Origin: Eubacteriales bacterium
GTDB taxonomy: Bacteria; Bacillota; Clostridia; Oscillospirales; JAAYXM01
Reading direction: 5' to 3'
Assembly: GCA_045595365.1 (NCBI GenBank)
Contig: JAZOAI010000027.1
Coordinates: forward strand, 1,268 to 65,267
DNA: 64,000 nt
The notes under the pieces are model-generated. The model saw nothing but the letters and a program-made list of their open reading frames with translations. It was not told where the DNA came from and searched no databases. A program made the position numbers and the translations under genes. This document shows, in pieces, positions 61,782-64,000 of this stretch. How positions within the stretch are numbered: position 1 is the first letter of the stretch; every line of letters begins with the position of its first letter.

Positions 61782-62588
61782 TTGGATATCATCAAATCAA
61801 TTATTCTCGGCATTATCGAAGGCATAACCGAATGGCTCCCCATAAGCAGCACCGGGCATATGATTCTCGCAAATGAATTTATGGGGATAACTGAGGACTC
61901 TTTCTTCAATTCGCAAATCTTTTTATACGTCATTCAGCTCGGTGCGATTCTCGCCATCGCAACTCTCTATTTTAAAAAGCTCAACCCCTTCTCCCCGTCA
62001 AAGTCATCTCAAGAAAAAAGAGATACGTGGCAGATGTGGTTCAAGGTCATCGTTGCATGCATTCCCGCGGCAGTGCTCGGGCTCGCCTTTAACGACGCGA
62101 TGGATAAGATTTCAACCCCCGTTGTCGTGAGCCTCATGCTTGTGATTTACGGCATCGCCTTTATCCTTTGTGAGAGAAATCGCCGGGATGCCAAAATCAA
62201 TACAATGAACGAGATGACCTATAAAACCGCGCTTCTCATCGGCCTTTTTCAGGTGCTTTCAATTATCCCGGGAACTTCCCGCTCAGGCGCAACAATCCTC
62301 GGCGCGATGCTTCTCGGCTGTTCCCGCTCACTCAGCGCGGAGTTCTCATTCTTCCTCGCAATCCCCGTTATGTTCGGGGTAAGCTTTTTAAAAATCGTCA
62401 CAAACGATTTTCTCCTCACTTCAAGCCATTGGATTTTGCTGATCCTCGCGATGGTCGTTGCATATGTTGTGTCAATTCTTTCCGTCAGGTTCCTTATGAA
62501 CTATGTCCGGAAACACGATTTTAAGGTCTTCGGGTGGTACAGAATAGTACTCGGCATTATTCTCCTTTCATATTTTTTGATTTTTTAA
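61782..62588 (+). CDS. uppP: Undecaprenyl-diphosphate phosphatase (BacA/UppP)
   Basis: The motifs GIIEGITEWLPISSTGH and PGTSRSGATI are present. I chose the TTG at 61782, 9 nt after GGAG. Confidence 0.9.
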   Translation: MDIIKSIILGIIEGITEWLPISSTGHMILANEFMGITEDSFFNSQIFLYVIQLGAILAIATLYFKKLNPFSPSKSSQEKRDTWQMWFKVIVACIPAAVLGLAFNDAMDKISTPVVVSLMLVIYGIAFILCERNRRDAKINTMNEMTYKTALLIGLFQVLSIIPGTSRSGATILGAMLLGCSRSLSAEFSFFLAIPVMFGVSFLKIVTNDFLLTSSHWILLILAMVVAYVVSILSVRFLMNYVRKHDFKVFGWYRIVLGIILLSYFLIF

Positions 62589-62602
62589 AATCTCATATCA
62601 CT

Positions 62603-62645
62603 GAACCGCGATTCGGAAAACCCGAATCGCGGTTTCACATTTTTG
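62603..62645 (+). terminator. uppP terminator
   Basis: The stem gaaccgcgattcgg/cccgaatcgcggtttc is followed by ACATTTTT. Confidence 0.65.
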
Positions 62646-62718
62646 CACATCCGGCAATATAATGTAACGGACTGTAAAAAATCCAAACAGAACCTGCGCC
62701 GGAAAGGATGAATTTTAT

Positions 62719-63594
62719 ATGAGAAAAAGGCTCGACATTTCTGTTGTCGGAGGAGATACACGCCAGGTACAGCTTGCAAAGCTTCTTTCAGGCGATGGCC
62801 ACCGCGTTTTTGCATATGCCCTTGAAAATGCACCGCTACCGCAAGAAATCATACGCTCGGGAGATATTCTCTCCCTCTCAAAGAGCGTAGATTGCGTCAT
62901 TCTTCCCGTTCCCATAAAATCTGATAAAGGGCTTTTAAATGCTCCTTTTTCAGAAGCAGAACATTCAATCAATTCTCTTTTTTCGCTTTTCCCGACGGGA
63001 CAGACAGTAATTGCGGGAAAGCTTGATAACGATATGTTTGAGATTGCCGGAAAATGCGGCATCCGCCTTTACGACTTCCTTGAGCGTGAGGACTTCACGG
63101 TTATGAACTCAGTCCCCACGGCAGAGGGGGCAATCGCCGTCGCAATGCAGCTGCAGCAGACAACTCTCAACGGCTCAAAATGCCTTGTTCTCGGCTATGG
63201 ACACATCGGAAAGCTTCTCTGTGCGTATTTAAAAGGCCTCGGTGCGAACGTAACTGCATCGGCAAGAAAATCGGGTGACCTCGCATGGATTTCCGCCTAC
63301 GGTTATACGCCTGTCAAAACCTCTGATATAAATGCATCGCTTTCCGAGTTTGACATAATCTTCAACACGATTCCCTCACTTATACTCAATGAAGAAGCGC
63401 TCATGTCTGTCAAGAGCGATGCTTTGATTTGCGACCTTGCCTCACGGCCGGGCGGAGTTGATTTCAGCGCGGCTGAACGCCTCTCACTCCGAACCGTTCA
63501 TGCGCTTTCCCTCCCCGGAAAGGTCGCGCCCCTTACAGCCGCAAAAAGCCTGCGCAGCACTGTTTATAATATTCTCAACGAATGGGGGAAATAA
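62719..63594 (+). CDS. dpaA: Dipicolinate synthase subunit A
   Basis: It contains ISVVGGDTRQ and an NAD-binding motif VLGYGHIGK. It is followed 3 nt later by dpaB. Confidence 0.85.
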   Translation: MRKRLDISVVGGDTRQVQLAKLLSGDGHRVFAYALENAPLPQEIIRSGDILSLSKSVDCVILPVPIKSDKGLLNAPFSEAEHSINSLFSLFPTGQTVIAGKLDNDMFEIAGKCGIRLYDFLEREDFTVMNSVPTAEGAIAVAMQLQQTTLNGSKCLVLGYGHIGKLLCAYLKGLGANVTASARKSGDLAWISAYGYTPVKTSDINASLSEFDIIFNTIPSLILNEEALMSVKSDALICDLASRPGGVDFSAAERLSLRTVHALSLPGKVAPLTAAKSLRSTVYNILNEWGK

Positions 63595-63597
63595 TTA

Positions 63598-64000
63598 ATG
63601 AAAAAAACTGTGGTCGGCTTTGCGCTCTGCGGCTCCTTCTGCACCTTCAGCAAGGTCGTTCCCGAAATTCAAAAACTCAAAGAAAACGGATATGATATTA
63701 TCCCCATAATGTCCGAAACGGCCGCCTCCACCGATACGCGTTTCGGAAAAGCCTCGGACTTCGTTAAAACCATAGAAGAAATCTGCGGGCGCAAGATAAT
63801 CCATACGATATGTGACGCCGAGCCGATAGGCCCAAAAAAACTTCTCGATGCTCTTGTTATCGCTCCGTGTACCGGAAACACGATAGCAAAGCTTGCGTGC
63901 GGAATATGTGACACCTCGGTAACTATGGCGGCAAAAGCGCATCTCAGAAACGGGCGCCCGCTTATTATTGCAGTTTCCACAAACGACGGCCTTGCGATGA
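63598..64000 (+). CDS. dpaB: Dipicolinate synthase subunit B (flavoprotein family), 3'-truncated by the window edge
   Basis: ATG at 63598. My translation MKKTVVGFALCGSFCTFSKV...APCTGNTIAKLA is the flavoprotein/DpaB pattern. The frame is open to the window end. Confidence 0.85.
   Translation, partial: MKKTVVGFALCGSFCTFSKVVPEIQKLKENGYDIIPIMSETAASTDTRFGKASDFVKTIEEICGRKIIHTICDAEPIGPKKLLDALVIAPCTGNTIAKLACGICDTSVTMAAKAHLRNGRPLIIAVSTNDGLAM

Noticed and set aside
63598-64000. Apparent truncation of dpaB, considered as a possible second interrupted sporulation gene.
   Set aside because: The frame is simply cut by the end of the window, and there is no composition change or junction.

Overview
This 64-kb window is chromosomal DNA from an endospore-forming Firmicute with Clostridia-like gene content. 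It is about half GC by eye and almost fully coding. All calls come from reading the ORF translations and the DNA by eye (motif recall). No searches or folding programs were run.

Layout, left to right:
- 1-2982: a visibly AT-rich block that is the right-hand end of an integrated element. It carries a 5'-partial cargo ORF, a 55-aa acidic ORF and a large serine recombinase.
- 2983-3581: a truncated cotJC directly downstream of intact cotJA-cotJB. The element ends exactly where cotJC homology stops.
- 3.7-22.9 kb: Ca2+ P-type ATPase, Asp23, a complete spoIIIAA-AH operon, an amidase, a hypothetical ORF coupled to an ABC-F ATPase, prfA, tsaC/sua5, coaE, an M18 aminopeptidase, trxB, fumarate hydratase alpha subunit, hpf and a split chrA pair.
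- 23.1-36.7 kb (minus strand): ftsZ, tuf, fusA, rpsG, rpsL, an L7Ae-like gene, rpoC and rpoB.
- 37-48.4 kb: a ZnuA-like binding protein with queT, degV, yebC, a 37-aa N/Q-rich ORF, dinB, guaB, a purine nucleoside phosphorylase, recG and DAK2 with Asp23.
- 48.6-54.7 kb: a LacI-linked sugar/amino-sugar cluster with a mutarotase-like protein, a DegT aminotransferase, a class-I-xylose-isomerase-like protein and two tandem PIG-L deacetylases.
- 54.8-64 kb: gtrA, pyrR, thrS, tRNA-Arg(ACG), a 2Fe-2S/ASKHA (RACo-like) protein, a lipoprotein, mscL, a THF riboswitch with folT, uppP, dpaA, and dpaB cut by the window edge.

Most noteworthy:
1. cotJC is split by a serine-recombinase element, in the style of skin/SPbeta sporulation-gene intervening elements.
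2. The amino-sugar cluster has a perfect palindromic operator inside a consensus promoter, and its duplicated deacetylases share a gene-conversion-like tract.
3. The 37-aa N/Q-rich ORF has a strong RBS, its own terminator and a sigma-G-like promoter. The longer ORF in the supplied track hides it.

No CRISPR array, rRNA or transposase was seen.
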